A program made the position numbers and the translations under genes. Positions 11,707 through 22,845 of a stretch of 64,000 nucleotides of DNA are shown here, in pieces. Source of the stretch: Selaginella moellendorffii. Lineage: Eukaryota > Plantae > Lycopodiophyta. Position 1 is the first letter of the stretch; each line of letters starts with the position of its first letter. Under the pieces are notes generated by a model that saw nothing but the letters and a program-made list of their open reading frames with translations, searched no databases and had not been told where the DNA came from. The stretch is from assembly GCF_000143415.4 (NCBI RefSeq), contig NW_003314367.1, positions 248,001 through 312,000 on the forward strand, written 5' to 3'.

Positions 11707-12681
11707 CTAACCTCGGGCAGCCCTTCTCCGAAATTTGCTGCAATCCGGGAGCAAGATCTGCGAGAGAGGTCCTGCCAGGATTTTCTGCGCTGCCTTGGTA
11801 CAAGCTCGTATAGCTTGGACCTTTAAAGCCTCCCGCTCCCCTTCCAAGCGACGTGATCGATCTTCTGGCAGAAAAGCTCGGAGAACAGCGACAGAAGAGA
11901 AGCGCGAGGCCAATCCACGTCGGGAGAAGCGGTCCCCGATGGTTCCACTCGATTTGGAGGCGGCGGCGAGGCTGCCTGGCTGCCCTGATTTCGGCTTGGG
12001 CACCTCTGCAAGATCATCGCGCATGACATCCTCGTCGCCGTCAATCTGTACCTCCTGTGGAGGCCTCGCCCTGGAGAAGAGCTCTTCTTTGTTGTCGGCA
12101 CTGCCGGCTCCAGCACTGGCTCTGGCCGTGGCGGCTTGCTCCTCCATTTCCATGGCTTCCACCGTCTTACCTTTCCTCGCGCGGTGGCGCGGCGCGACGG
12201 CGTCTCCGGAGCTGGATTGGCGGCAGGAATCGATGCTGCTCTTGTGCCACGGGCGTGGATTCTTCCCAACGGCAGTGGGCCGGAGGCGCTGGATATCTTC
12301 CTCCGCGGGCGCATTCTCGGGAATCTTGATCTTGTCCTGGTGATTTCGCGAGGAGCTGTGGATCTTGGCGCCGGCGTGGTGACTCCGCGAGGTTTTGTGG
12401 CCAGAGTAGGAGCAGCGGATCGATCCAGGACCAGGACAGGATTTCGTCCTCTTGTTCCTGGCGGGGGATTGCTGGTGCCAGGGGTGATCGCCGTCGGCTT
12501 CCGGATCGAAGGGGAGCTCACGTGGCCTCGACGACAAGAGAAGGAGGGGGAGGAAGAGGAGAAGGATGGCACTCCATCTCCTCACTCGATCCTTGGCAGA
12601 TCTCCAAGCCCTGTTGGAGCTCCACAGGAAAGCAGCCACATAAAACACGAAGGAGGAACAGCTGTGATACCTTGGATTCAC
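11707..12681 (-). other. Orphan GC-rich ORF ('ORF-X'), 3'-truncated, function unknown
   Basis: 324-codon ORF. Paralogs at 36032-37007 and 59229-60475 are frameshifted. No recognised domain. Confidence 0.35.
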
Positions 12682-13039
12682 AGTGAGTTTCTTTCTTCTC
12701 TATTCCTTTATTTGGCCTCTCCAAGCCCTGCAAAGTGGAGAAAGCGTTGCGTGCGTGGAGCAAAAACTAAAACCCAGCAGTGGTCAACCCTCGACTTGAA
12801 AACGAGAACCTCTGGCTCAGCTTCGAGAGCAAGAGCTCCGATCCGATCACTGTTTTTCTTGGTGTTACGTATAATCGCCATTTTTCCAAAGAGGTCCTTT
12901 AATTCCTTTATTTGTTTGGCTCCAAGGGGAGTATCATGGGAGCTCTAGAAAGAATTACAAGCTTTCATACTTAAACCGACTCAAAGCTTTCCAGGTATAA
13001 AAAGATCCTCCCAACTCGGGACAAAAGGTGTGCTCGTGA

Positions 13040-13460
13040 ATGCTCGTAGTCACTGCGAAGTCTGTCAGCCGGCAAGTCAATGCTGAAGCTGTTGCCGCGA
13101 ATCCTGTACACGTCCATAAACTCGAGAGTGAGCCGGCCCAACACTCCGAGAATGTACTCCAGTTAGGTGATCTCGCAGAACGCTCGGAGTTCTCACCCTT
13201 CCATCGTCGTCAAGCTAGTGTTGATGTCCCTGCGATCAGTTTCAATTCAAACATAATTCAAGGCAAGCTCGTTGGATCTCTTACCCCACTTACCCACCTT
13301 GCGCCTTGATCAAGTATTTTAAAATCCGCACAAAATCAAAATTTAACAAATGCTTACATGATAGAGGGATGTGGAACACCATAATTTGGTTGTGGGTATG
13401 TCCTCTTTCAGTGTGCCATGAAGTGCCTGGAGGTCCTGCTTGATTGCAGCATGAATTGCG
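13040..13460 (-). pseudogene. Chimeric remnant: TM-CC 3' fragment fused to an internal BRWD (Tudor-region) exon fragment
   Basis: 13040-13290 matches 6720-7010 (FCEIT.LEYI..LTLEFMD.YRIRG). 13290-13460 matches the TM-CC intron and 3' end. Paralogs at ~37367-37790 and 60490-61270. Confidence 0.75.
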
Positions 13461-13599
13461 GAAGTCATGACTGCAGTATATGTAAGATTATAAACTTAAA
13501 TTTTAACAACAAACAAACTCAAATCTTTGTGATTGATGGATGAATGAAGAAAACGCTAACATAACCATTAGCATATAGCTATTACTCTCTAGTGTTTGT

Positions 13600-13657
13600 G
13601 TGAATGAATGAATGAATGATAGGATTGAATGAATGGATTGAACGAATGAATGAATGA
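13600..13657. repeat. Imperfect (GAAT)n microsatellite
   Basis: gtgaatgaatgaatgaatgat... Paralogs at ~37935-37990 and ~61410-61472. Confidence 0.9.
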
Positions 13658-13770
13658 TAGCAAAACTTGTTAACAATAATAGGAGGCGCAGGAAGGAATT
13701 CATTTGCGAATTATCCTTACCTGAAACTCTCTCCCTCCTCATCCTCCTGCCGCACCGAGCAAACTAAAAA

Positions 13771-13824
13771 GCGCTCTTAGTTCAGTCCGGTAGAACGCAG
13801 GTCTCCAAAACCTGATGTTGTAGG
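13771..13824 (+). tRNA. trnW-CCA: 3'-truncated plastid-type tRNA-Trp(CCA) pseudogene
   Basis: GCGCTCTTAGTTCAGTCCGGTAGAACG, anticodon arm CAGGT-CT-CCA-AA-ACCTG, then ATGTTGTAGG. Breaks off before the T-loop; no 3' acceptor strand. Confidence 0.85.
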
Positions 13825-14039
13825 ACTTTAAGCATGTTAGCTACGTAAAGATTACAAAATTTTAAATATTTTATTGTGGAAAGTCAATAAGATTCCAAAG
13901 TAGTATATTTAAGATTTTGTAATCCTAGTTTTAATGTCATTTGCCTGAAAATCTGAGAGGACTTAACTCATGTCGTCCGGGAAATAAGTTTGAAAATTTC
14001 CCACTATAGTTCTCACTGAAATGTTCAAACCCTATTTCA

Positions 14040-16024
14040 AATCAAGATTCGTATGTGTTTGAGAGCAGCACGTAACAAGACGAGTTCGTTTCATCCAACT
14101 TCTGCACTTGTTGAGCAATCTTTCGTTTGGTTATTCCCATGAGTGAGTCCAAGCAACGGGACTAGGATGGAAGGGCAAGTTGTGAATCAAATCCTGAGCT
14201 TCAGCCAGCCTTCCTGCTCTTCCCAGATGATCGGCGATGCAGATGTAATGCTCAGCCATGGGATCAACACCATAGTCGTTTCTCAAGCTCACAACATACG
14301 TCCACCCGTCTTTCAGCTCCCCACAGTGACAACAAGACGAAAGCACCGCGATGAAGGTGATTCCATCCGGTTCAACTGCATCCAAACCCATCTCCTTGAA
14401 GAGATCCAGAGCTAGCAGGCCATGACCACTCTGTGCATATGCCGATATCATCGCACTCTAAGACACCGTGCGTCTTTCAGGCATCGCATCGAAGATCCGA
14501 CGAGCCTCCTCCAAACTCCCGCACTTCCCATACATTGTCAGGATCGACGTCGAAACCGGCTCCAACGCGCTGAATCCGGCGGGGACGGCTTCGGGGTGGA
14601 TCAGCTTCCCGACTCTGTGCAACAGTCGACTCTGAGCAACGAGACCGTTGCACAGGCGTCGAAGATCGTAACGAAGGTGATCTCGTTGGGTTGCAAGCCT
14701 TCAAGATCCATCTTTCGAAACAACGCGATGGCCTGCTGATTATGCCCGTTGTGCGAATATGCCGCAATCGTAACGTTCCAGGAAACCACATCTCTGCAAG
14801 GCATCTGATTCAAGACATCCACAGCTTGATCAACCAGTCCGTTCTGAGCATAGGCTGTGACCATTGAGTTCCAGGTCACGACATCCCTCTCAGGCATCTT
14901 TTCAAACAACACCCTTGCCTCACGTAAATGACCGTTTTGCGCATACGCTCTAACGATCGTCGTCCACGATACGACATTCTTCTCCGGCATCGCATCAAAC
15001 ACCATCCTCGCAAGTCCCAAATCGCCCTCCGAAGCGTACGCAGCTACGATCGTGTTCCTTTGCTGAGGCATTCCGTCAAACAAAACCTTTGCTCGAGCGG
15101 TGTCGCCATTTTGAGCATACGCGGAGATCATCAGCGACCACGAAACCAGATCTCTCCTCGGCATCTCTTCGAACAATGTCTCGGCCTCGCGAAAACGCTT
15201 CGTGTGAGCGTAACCAGATATCATCACATTCCAAGAGACGACGTCTTTCTCGGGCATCAACTCGAAAACCTTCTTCGCTTCGTCTTAATGTCCGTACTGA
15301 CAATACGCAGCCAGCATGGCTGTCCAGACCAGAACATTCCTCTCAGGCATTCCTTCAAAAACCTTCCTCGAATCCTCGACTTTGCCGTTGCGAGCGTACG
15401 CCGTGAGCATCGCGCTCCAGGAAACGACGCTTCGATACGGCATCAGATCGAAGAAATCTTATGATGAGTCTAAATCACCCATCTGCCAGTAGGCAGTGAT
15501 CATCGTCGTCCAGGAAGCCACATCTTTATTACCCATGCTCTCGAACAAGCTTCTAGCATGCAGCAGACGACCATTCTGCGCAAACACTTCCATCATCACG
15601 TTCCAGGCGACTATATCACGACCAGGCATCGAATCAAACAGATCCTCAGCCTCTTCAAGACCACCAGTTCTTCCGTAGGCTTCTAGCATTATCGTCCAGG
15701 AAACCACATTCTTGATCGGCATCTTACCGAACAAAATCCTCGCTTGCAGCAACTGACCATTCTCTGTATATGCACGGATCATGATGTTCCAAGTGAACGC
15801 TATTTAACACTATCAAACACGTCGCGAGCATCAGGCAAACTCCCGCATTTCCCGTACATCTGAACGAGCAGATTGCAGAGGACTGTGTTGGACGCATGGA
15901 TCTCTCTGTGAAGTTGTTTCCCTCTGGCTAAGTCTCTGGTAAGAGCGCAGGATTTCAGCAGCGAGACGTACAGAGCTGGGCTGATGGTGGTGCTAGAAAC
16001 GCACATCTCTGTCAACTGAATCAT
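14040..16024 (-). pseudogene. PLS-class (E subgroup) pentatricopeptide repeat pseudogene, unit 1
   Basis: Tandem MPERDVVSW/T..MI.AYAQNG repeats, MYGKCGS, PDGITF..VLSSCCH.G, YVLLSN. Stops at ~15800, 15459, ~15287 and ~14460; 17-bp duplication frameshift at ~14620. Confidence 0.92.
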
Positions 16025-16057
16025 CGATCTTGTACAGCGCTAGCCTACAGCTTCTAT

Positions 16058-16731
16058 CTAAACTGGTTTTGCGACTTCCATATCAACAATCCGGCTTGTT
16101 TCGTCGGTGCTCGTTTTCTTCTTCGGTTTCTTCATGCCGCTCATGTAGACGGACAAGTAGGCAATGCTGAGCAGCAAAGTGACGAGTGTAAAAGCAGCAC
16201 CCACAACACTCATGCCTTGCAGAACAGTGCTGCAACCAGATTCTTCAAACCTTTCCACTTGATAACTACTGAGGCTGGCCGCCGTGTTCAAGAAGAGCTC
16301 AGCGATCACCGGCCGTTACCACAAAAGTTGATCTTTTAAATAAATGATTTTTATTTTTTTTTGCTGAAAATACCAGGAAAGAGTGAGGAGGATAATTGCA
16401 GCAATCTTGCATCCGCGTCGATGAAGCGACGAAGACCAGCAAGTGCATTTTGTGGCGGCTGTGGCGGTGATTTGGCCGAGAAGCAAACACACAGCAGCTC
16501 CGATAGCTAAGCCGCTTGCTACCCCTCCTCTCTTGGGAGTGCATCAGATTCTGGTGTGATCAGATGAAATCTCGTCTTGAATGGTTTCCTACAGCCAGAA
16601 AACGTGAATTCAAGGGCGAAGTGAAGGCGGCTTACATGATAACTTGTGGACGAAGAACCGACTGAAAGGCCGAACGCGAGGAGATCCAACGCAAATGTAA
16701 ATGCAGCAGCGGGATAAAGAGATAGCCTCAT
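16058..16731 (-). pseudogene. DUF1218 (MWL-like) membrane protein pseudogene, unit 1
   Basis: Same gene as 40404-41076 but with TGA in exon 2 (~16546) and a deleted exon-3 acceptor (~16310). Confidence 0.7.
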
Positions 16732-17159
16732 TGAAACTCTTGCAACTGGGAATGAATCAATTGAAGCAAAAGCAGAGTAATGTATATGTATTATTTAACA
16801 TACAATTAACAAAATGTTTGCAAAAAACATTAATTCTATGAAAATAGTCAACTCTATGTTTTGTTACATTCCACTGAGGAATGTTGTCACGAAGAGTGGC
16901 GGTCAAGCTATGTTGCTATCTTCCTCCTTGAGCGCAGTTTGCCGAGCGTATGGGGAATTCTAATCGGTACATAATATTCTTTTCCATACAAAGAATATTT
17001 TTAAGTGTCAAGTTTAAGGATTTTATAAAAATATAATTATTATTTTGTATTTATATATTTATAATTATATTTATATATATATAACTAAATATAAACTATA
17101 ATATAAACATAACTCTTCTTGAAGACTTGTTTCCACCAGTCAGTCCCCATTACACAGTG

Positions 17160-18720
17160 ACGTGAGCGAATTTGTCTCTCGTAAACTTTGAACTCTTCAA
17201 CTATTTTCGCTGCTATCTGCTAACAAACAATAGTATACCATGGGAACTGGAAATGTTCTGGCTCGTCAAGGAGTGTAGCATGTGTTCAGGATGTCCTTGT
17301 TCTTTGCAACCTTGGAGTAGGGGGAACCGAAAATACACATGGCAACGATGCTTTCCTGAAAAAACGAACATTAAAAAGTACCAATTTCGAAAGGATGAGT
17401 TACCTTTCCAGGAGTCCTAGCACATCAGCGATTTGTGTTGGCCGCTACTTAACTCAACACAGAGTTTGTTTTACCTCTTAGAGCCTCTGCTCTCGAGTCC
17501 TGCCGTGTCAGTGAGTCCCGCCACATCAGCGTGTCCTGCCATATCAGCGAGTCCCACCACGTTAGCAAGTCCTGCCACATCAACGATTTGTGCTGGTCGC
17601 CACTTAACTCAGAATAACCTTTCTAAAAATACGGTATCCCCAGGACCTTGCCGTGTGCGCGTAGTTTGTCTGCAGGAACTTCAGCTTGCAAGTTTCTGCA
17701 GTGTTATTCAAAGCCGGCAAATCATCCGATAGCACAAACACCACCATGTAGCCAGCTCTGTCTAGTATCCCGAAAGCAGTGTTCACCAAGTTCTTCAGTA
17801 AAGCATCCGAGAACTCCGTATACTGATCAACCACCCCGGCTCAGCAACGCATCTAGTAGGCGAATCGATGATGAGAAGATGAACAGCTCCCTGGACACAT
17901 TTCGGTAGAGACTTTGCACAAAAAAGTGAACAGTTCAGCTTTACCTGTGACTGACAATCCAATCCTCAAGCTCCTTCAGTCCTGGCGGAAAAGGTCTCCC
18001 AGCTTTGAAGTACTACTGGACTGCAAGGTTTCCTGAATCTGCATGAATGATTTCCCAACTCCCGTTTCCGTTCTCTGGCATCAGCATCCTCAACATATCA
18101 CCTTCTTCCGATCTGGAGACGGGGCTGAAGAAAAAGCCTGGCCCTTGCTGCCCTTGGTGGCCGATCTTGCTGACTTGATATCCATCTTCACCTGGAGCTT
18201 CCTCACAGCACTCTCGTTCTTCCACAATAGCTCTCACCGATAATCCTTGTGTATCTTGTAGCTGGCCATCTCCCATTCCGGACAGCCACCGGGAAGGAAA
18301 TCCAGCCAGAAAGAACAGTACTACACTTCAAAATCGCTAATGTCACACATGAGCCTGCTCCACATGTTGCAACATCCATCTACTCTTCGGAGTGCATCAT
18401 TTTTCCATTTGAAAAACCATAAATAGATAAATATAAATAAAGAAACCAATTAAAGACTTGCCTGTCTTTTCGAACTCAAATAACTGAGAATGTAAAATTG
18501 TCGCACTGAACTCCTTGTTCTCACGCATGCTCTGGTACATATCTAGCTCGTGCATCTTCATATACCAGGCCATAAACTCGTCAACGTAACTGCTTGCCTG
18601 TTCGACCTGCAAGTGCCATTCCCATTAGCTTTTTTCACAACTTTCTAAGGAGGTCTAAGACCTCCCAACCAAGAGTTCCTTTGCATTTGGTACTTCTTCA
18701 CCCACCGAGGTCGCTCCTAT
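17160..18720 (-). pseudogene. Degenerate spliced gene with possible N6/N4 DNA amino-methyltransferase-like fold, unit 1
   Basis: SWEIIHADS...SLPKCVQGAVHLLIIDSPT...DQYTEFSDALLKNLVNTAFGILDRAGYMVVFV resembles 'iihGD..lp..svDliitDPPY....l..a.rvLk.gG.l.vf'. Several stops and frameshifts. Confidence 0.4.
17495..17585. repeat. 18-bp minisatellite (~5 copies, consensus gagtcc(t/c)gccacatcagc)
   Basis: Direct repeats seen; one fewer unit at ~41860-41940. Confidence 0.8.
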
Positions 18721-19652
18721 GAAGATAGATAACAATTAAGTAATATATCAACAAAGCAAAAGAGGACTTCATCCACCTCTATGCTAAGTCCCATTACTCT
18801 TTCAATGGCAACAAATTTCATTTTGTCAATATTTAAACTCTTATTACACAAGTTCTAATAAACCAGATACCAGGCACAATAGACTCAGCTTAATTCGCAT
18901 TGCAAGGTTTCCTTTGTTCCTTTGGCACTAAGTGGTTAGTAGCGTCAGTGCTCTCCATTCTCAATAGGGTACTAAAACAACTGGTACTCCACCCACCACG
19001 TTCGCCCATTATGTCAACCGACATTGCCAAAAGACATACCATCTTGTTTCTCCAAGTGAAATTACACTCTTTGATGAAAACCGCCTAATAGAGTTTCAGC
19101 TGCCTTCAGTGACTTGCATATTCACTAGCGTTCGGTTAGTTATTTCCCCCACAAGCCACTAATCCTAGATAATCAAAAAACTCGGACAACCAGATATCCA
19201 CATCTCTCACAGGGACAAGTTTTATCCAAACATGAGGTGGTTTCACTCCACCAAGCCTTTTGGTTATGCCTGCATTTCAACGCTTCCACAATTTAATAAC
19301 TTCAGTTCCAAATCTGAGCATTGTGGAGCTCATACACTAAAGGTTATCTGGTTCACCCAGAGCCTTTACGAGCCTACCAATAACCAAGAATTTCCAAAAC
19401 CACATTACAGGTTTTCAAGCTCTTCAAACTCTCTCTATCGGTAAACTAGTTCTCCAGAGTTTCAGTTAGGTTCTCTAGTTAGCCAGGAAGAAAAACTCTT
19501 CCTACAGATTAGCATTCGTTTAGCTTACAACAACTTGTAGCCAGCAAGGAATCCCAACATGTTTTGAGTTGACATCCCATTTCGCAGTTCATCTGTTTGA
19601 AAATAAACTAAAGAAAATTAAAACAGTCAACTAGTCTCTCTGATACCAAATG
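18720..19652 (-). mobile_element. LTR retrotransposon remnant: 5'-LTR end (..TGACA), tRNA-iMet PBS and degenerate leader
   Basis: Minus strand reads CGTGACA-TT-TGGTATCAGAG (PBS at 19638-19648). No intact gag/pol and no partner LTR found; the left boundary is a guess. Confidence 0.55.
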
Positions 19653-19796
19653 TCACGTGGACTCATTTCTGGTACCACGTGTTGCGGCTGCCCTCTCAAG
19701 CAGCCTCGACTCGGAGCTTCTATTTTACCAACTTTCGAGCTCAGATTATTAACCGCGCGCGACTTTAGGTTTAACACATTTTAGAGGTTGGCGGCT

Positions 19797-21047
19797 ATGG
19801 CGGCTGAAGCGGTGAGGGAGCTGAAGAAATCGCTCAACGACGACGAGGGTTTCTTTGATAGGCACGAAGAGATGACTGATCTGCTCACACATATTGAGGG
19901 AGACCTCAACCGCATCGCTATAGTGATGGGCCCCAACGATTCAGGCAAGTCCGCTCTACTCAAGCAGCTCAGGAAGATGTGGGATGCCAGCCCTCTACTG
20001 AAAGCCCAGTTGCCGCTCTTCTACGTCGACATGAGGGCTGCGAGTTCCCCGGAGGAGGCTGCTGCACAGATTGCAAGACAGATGCGAACTTGGGCTTCTT
20101 GGCTCAAAGATGTGGCAGCAGCCCTTCTGAAGACGATCGGAGGTGTTAGTGTCGATCTGAAGAAGCTGATGTTCAAGGGCGTAAACCTTGATGCATCAAG
20201 CTTTCTAGAGTTGTTAAAAGCGGAACCAGTGAAGGACTTGGGCTCTGTCATGAGTTGGTTTATGAGCCTGGCGGCTGAAAACCAGCATAGAAGGCCAATT
20301 TTTGTCATCGATGAAGCTCACAGATTGAAGTGGTGGTCCAACCAGGATGTACGCACCCTCCTGGGATGTTTCACACCCATGACCAAAAAAGACCAAACTG
20401 CTATGGTGATTATGTCCACCTCCGACGACTTTTTTCGGCAGTAGTTTCAAAGTCACACAGACATTAAGCAATGGAGGTCAATTGCTGTGGGGCACTTTGG
20501 TGAAAAGAACGCCAAGGCATTCTTGTCAAGCCTCGTCACCAAGCGCATAGCAACAGGTGCTACAGCTCCCGACTCATGGTCGGAGCAAAGGGTGTATGAG
20601 ATCTGTGGTGGCTGCCCTTTAACACTTGAGAACTGTGTGATCGATGTGTTTGAGCAGGGAAGCAGCATGGAGGTAGTTCTCGAAGACATGGTGGTGGCAC
20701 AGCTGCCCAAGATTCTCCTGGGACTGGAGCATGGTCACGGCTGGGAAGAGGCTAAGTTCAGGGAGGTGATGAAGCTCATTGTGGCGCATGGTGCAGTTGG
20801 GCTGTTGAAGATTTGCCGCCGTATCTTCAAGTTGGACATCTCGGAGTGCCAGCGGCAGATCAAAGCGATGCTCTCCTTCAATGTGATACATGTTCGTTAC
20901 ATGCTGCCGGGACTGGTTTATGATGATCTTCGAGACTTTGACAGGGGGCCTGCCATGAACTGTGATTTCATCATGGCAAGGTCGCCTACCCACCATGTGG
21001 CTATGAAAATGTTTTGTGATGGTGCGTTTGACGAACCAGATGAATAG
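19797..21047 (+). pseudogene. STAND-like P-loop ATPase (archaeal ATPase/ATPase_2-like), unit 1, one premature stop
   Basis: FFDRHEEM, Walker A GPNDSGKS, Walker B IFVIDEA, GGCP. TGG>TAG at 20442-20444; same 1251-nt length as the intact copy. Confidence 0.85.
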
Positions 21048-21082
21048 AAACTTAGAAATGTGAATATCATATTAGTCCCTCA

Positions 21083-21977
21083 TCAAAGCAACAAAGACAA
21101 ACTTTTGCAAACGATTTCAACTTTTGCTAAGCTTCGTTTTCCATCCTGCAAGGATCCCCGTGAATGTGCAAACAGCACATGCCTTTCTGTCACAGCCTTG
21201 AGTTCCTTCTTGAAAGAATGCTTCGACTTGAAGAAGACGGAGGCGGGCATTTTGATCCGGACTTGTGTGACCAGCGCTTCCAGCACTCGTCTTCTGTCAC
21301 CAAAGCTGAGCCTACCGAAACAAGTACCAGACCTGCTTTCTGATCTTCTCGAGCTGCACTCGTCGCCATCGCTGTTCTCCGCCATCAAACCCCACGATGT
21401 GCTATCTGGACTGATTGGCAAACGCTGCTTCTGCTCGGTGATGTCCAGTAAGAGAACGTTGCAGTTGTTGCTAAATCTCCCGGGATAGCAGTAGTCGTCC
21501 CTGTCCCTTCCGTGGAGGAAAAACGATAGAGATCCGTCAGGAAGGCCGAAGATCTCAAACACCGGAGCCAGAGCAACCCGCAATCCATTCCTCGAGGGGT
21601 GGTATGATTCGGCAGCCCCCCACCGAAAGAAATCCCCAAGTGACATAGACTAAGTTCCCCAGCTCCGGATTCTGATGCACCCAAATACCCACCAGATTCC
21701 TGACCCCGTTGATGAATCTGAACAGCGCCTTCTGCGACTGCAGCCCATTCCTCCAAGTGCTCAAGTCGATGTATTCCTCCGCTTCTTCTTCTCTAACCAG
21801 CCTTTGGCACTGCGGGAACCAGACCTTATCAGAGCTGCAGACGTCTCGAAGCTTGCAAGAAGTGGCGCTGAGGTTGCAGAGATCTCTGTGACAGACGCGG
21901 CTGGATATCAACCCGAACACATCGTCCGGAAGATCAGTCAACAAGCCGTCGTGATCTTTCATCAAGGAAAAAAACAA
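21083..21977 (-). pseudogene. F-box protein pseudogene (At5g39450-like), copy 2
   Basis: LLTDLPDDVFGLISSRV..DLCNLSATS; LVGIWVHQNPELGNLVYV. Frameshift after GCRIIP; 3' truncated next to the ATPase stop. Confidence 0.85.
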
Positions 21978-22342
21978 GCTCCTCGATCACGCATCAGAGG
22001 TAACATTATCAGAGGTAACAGCAGCGACAGGAACAGCCAGCCACCAAGCCAACTCCATTCGGAAATAAACTGTTAGAGAATCCTCGAAAAGCGCACAAAT
22101 ATCACATGTTCCTCTACCATACAAAGCAATTGAACCCAGTGACTATCGGCAGCTCCAAAGGGTCTCATCCACCTACAAGAAAGTACTAATTAGACACTGC
22201 CAGGCCACGTCCATGTCTATGTTCTTGCCCGGAAAAAGACTTACTATCAGAAGCTCACGACATATAAGCCTTTTTATTTCTGCAGATCCGAATCAGAAAA
22301 AAAATTCCTGAGAAAAAAGAGATCAGTTCGTCGTTTCTATGA

Positions 22343-22845
22343 ATCACTGAACCAGCAGCAGCGCCACTTTGCGCTTTGGACACGACCTGATCAAGCCATC
22401 CAAACCCTGATCCAGTATTTTAAAAGCCGCACAAAATCTAGATCTGACAAATGCTTACCTGATAGAGGGATGTGGAACAGTCGACCATGACTTGGTTGTG
22501 GGCTGCTATAACATCCTCCTTCACTGTGTCGTGAAGTGCCTGGAGGTCCTCCTTGATTGCAGCACGCATAGCCGCAACGTTCAGTGCTCCAACCACAGCA
22601 ACAAAGTCCTCCTTCAAGGCACCATGGATCTCCCTCACTGCTGCACGAATGGATCCCATTCCTGCTCCAACCATGGCAACAACGTCTTCCTTTATGGCAC
22701 CATGGATTGCTGGCACATCCTCCCTCACTGCACCATGGATCGCTTGCACATCCTCCCTCACTGCCGCATGAATGCCGGAGGCCATCACCTGGAGATTCTC
22801 AGTCACGGCTCCCATTCTTGCACGCATGGCAGATGCCAGCACCAT
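22343..22845 (-). pseudogene. TM-CC type A, copy lacking the N-terminal TM helix and start
   Basis: Un-inverted AVREDVQAIHG repeats. A deletion at ~22843 joins VLASA directly to upstream non-coding DNA. Confidence 0.8.

Noticed and set aside
11735-12948. Long plus-strand ORFs (202-270 aa) opposite ORF-X, and similar ones at 36060 and 59594
   Set aside because: Expected shadow ORFs in GC-rich DNA; frames are not conserved among units.
13771-13824. Functional tRNA-Trp gene
   Set aside because: T-loop and 3' acceptor strand are missing.
16884-16895. TGTCACG as the partner LTR of the PBS remnant at 19651
   Set aside because: Similarity does not extend beyond 7 bp and there is no adjacent PPT.
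17020-17112. Very AT-rich tract (also ~41380-41472)
   Set aside because: Low complexity; no terminal repeats or other structure to support a MITE or origin call.
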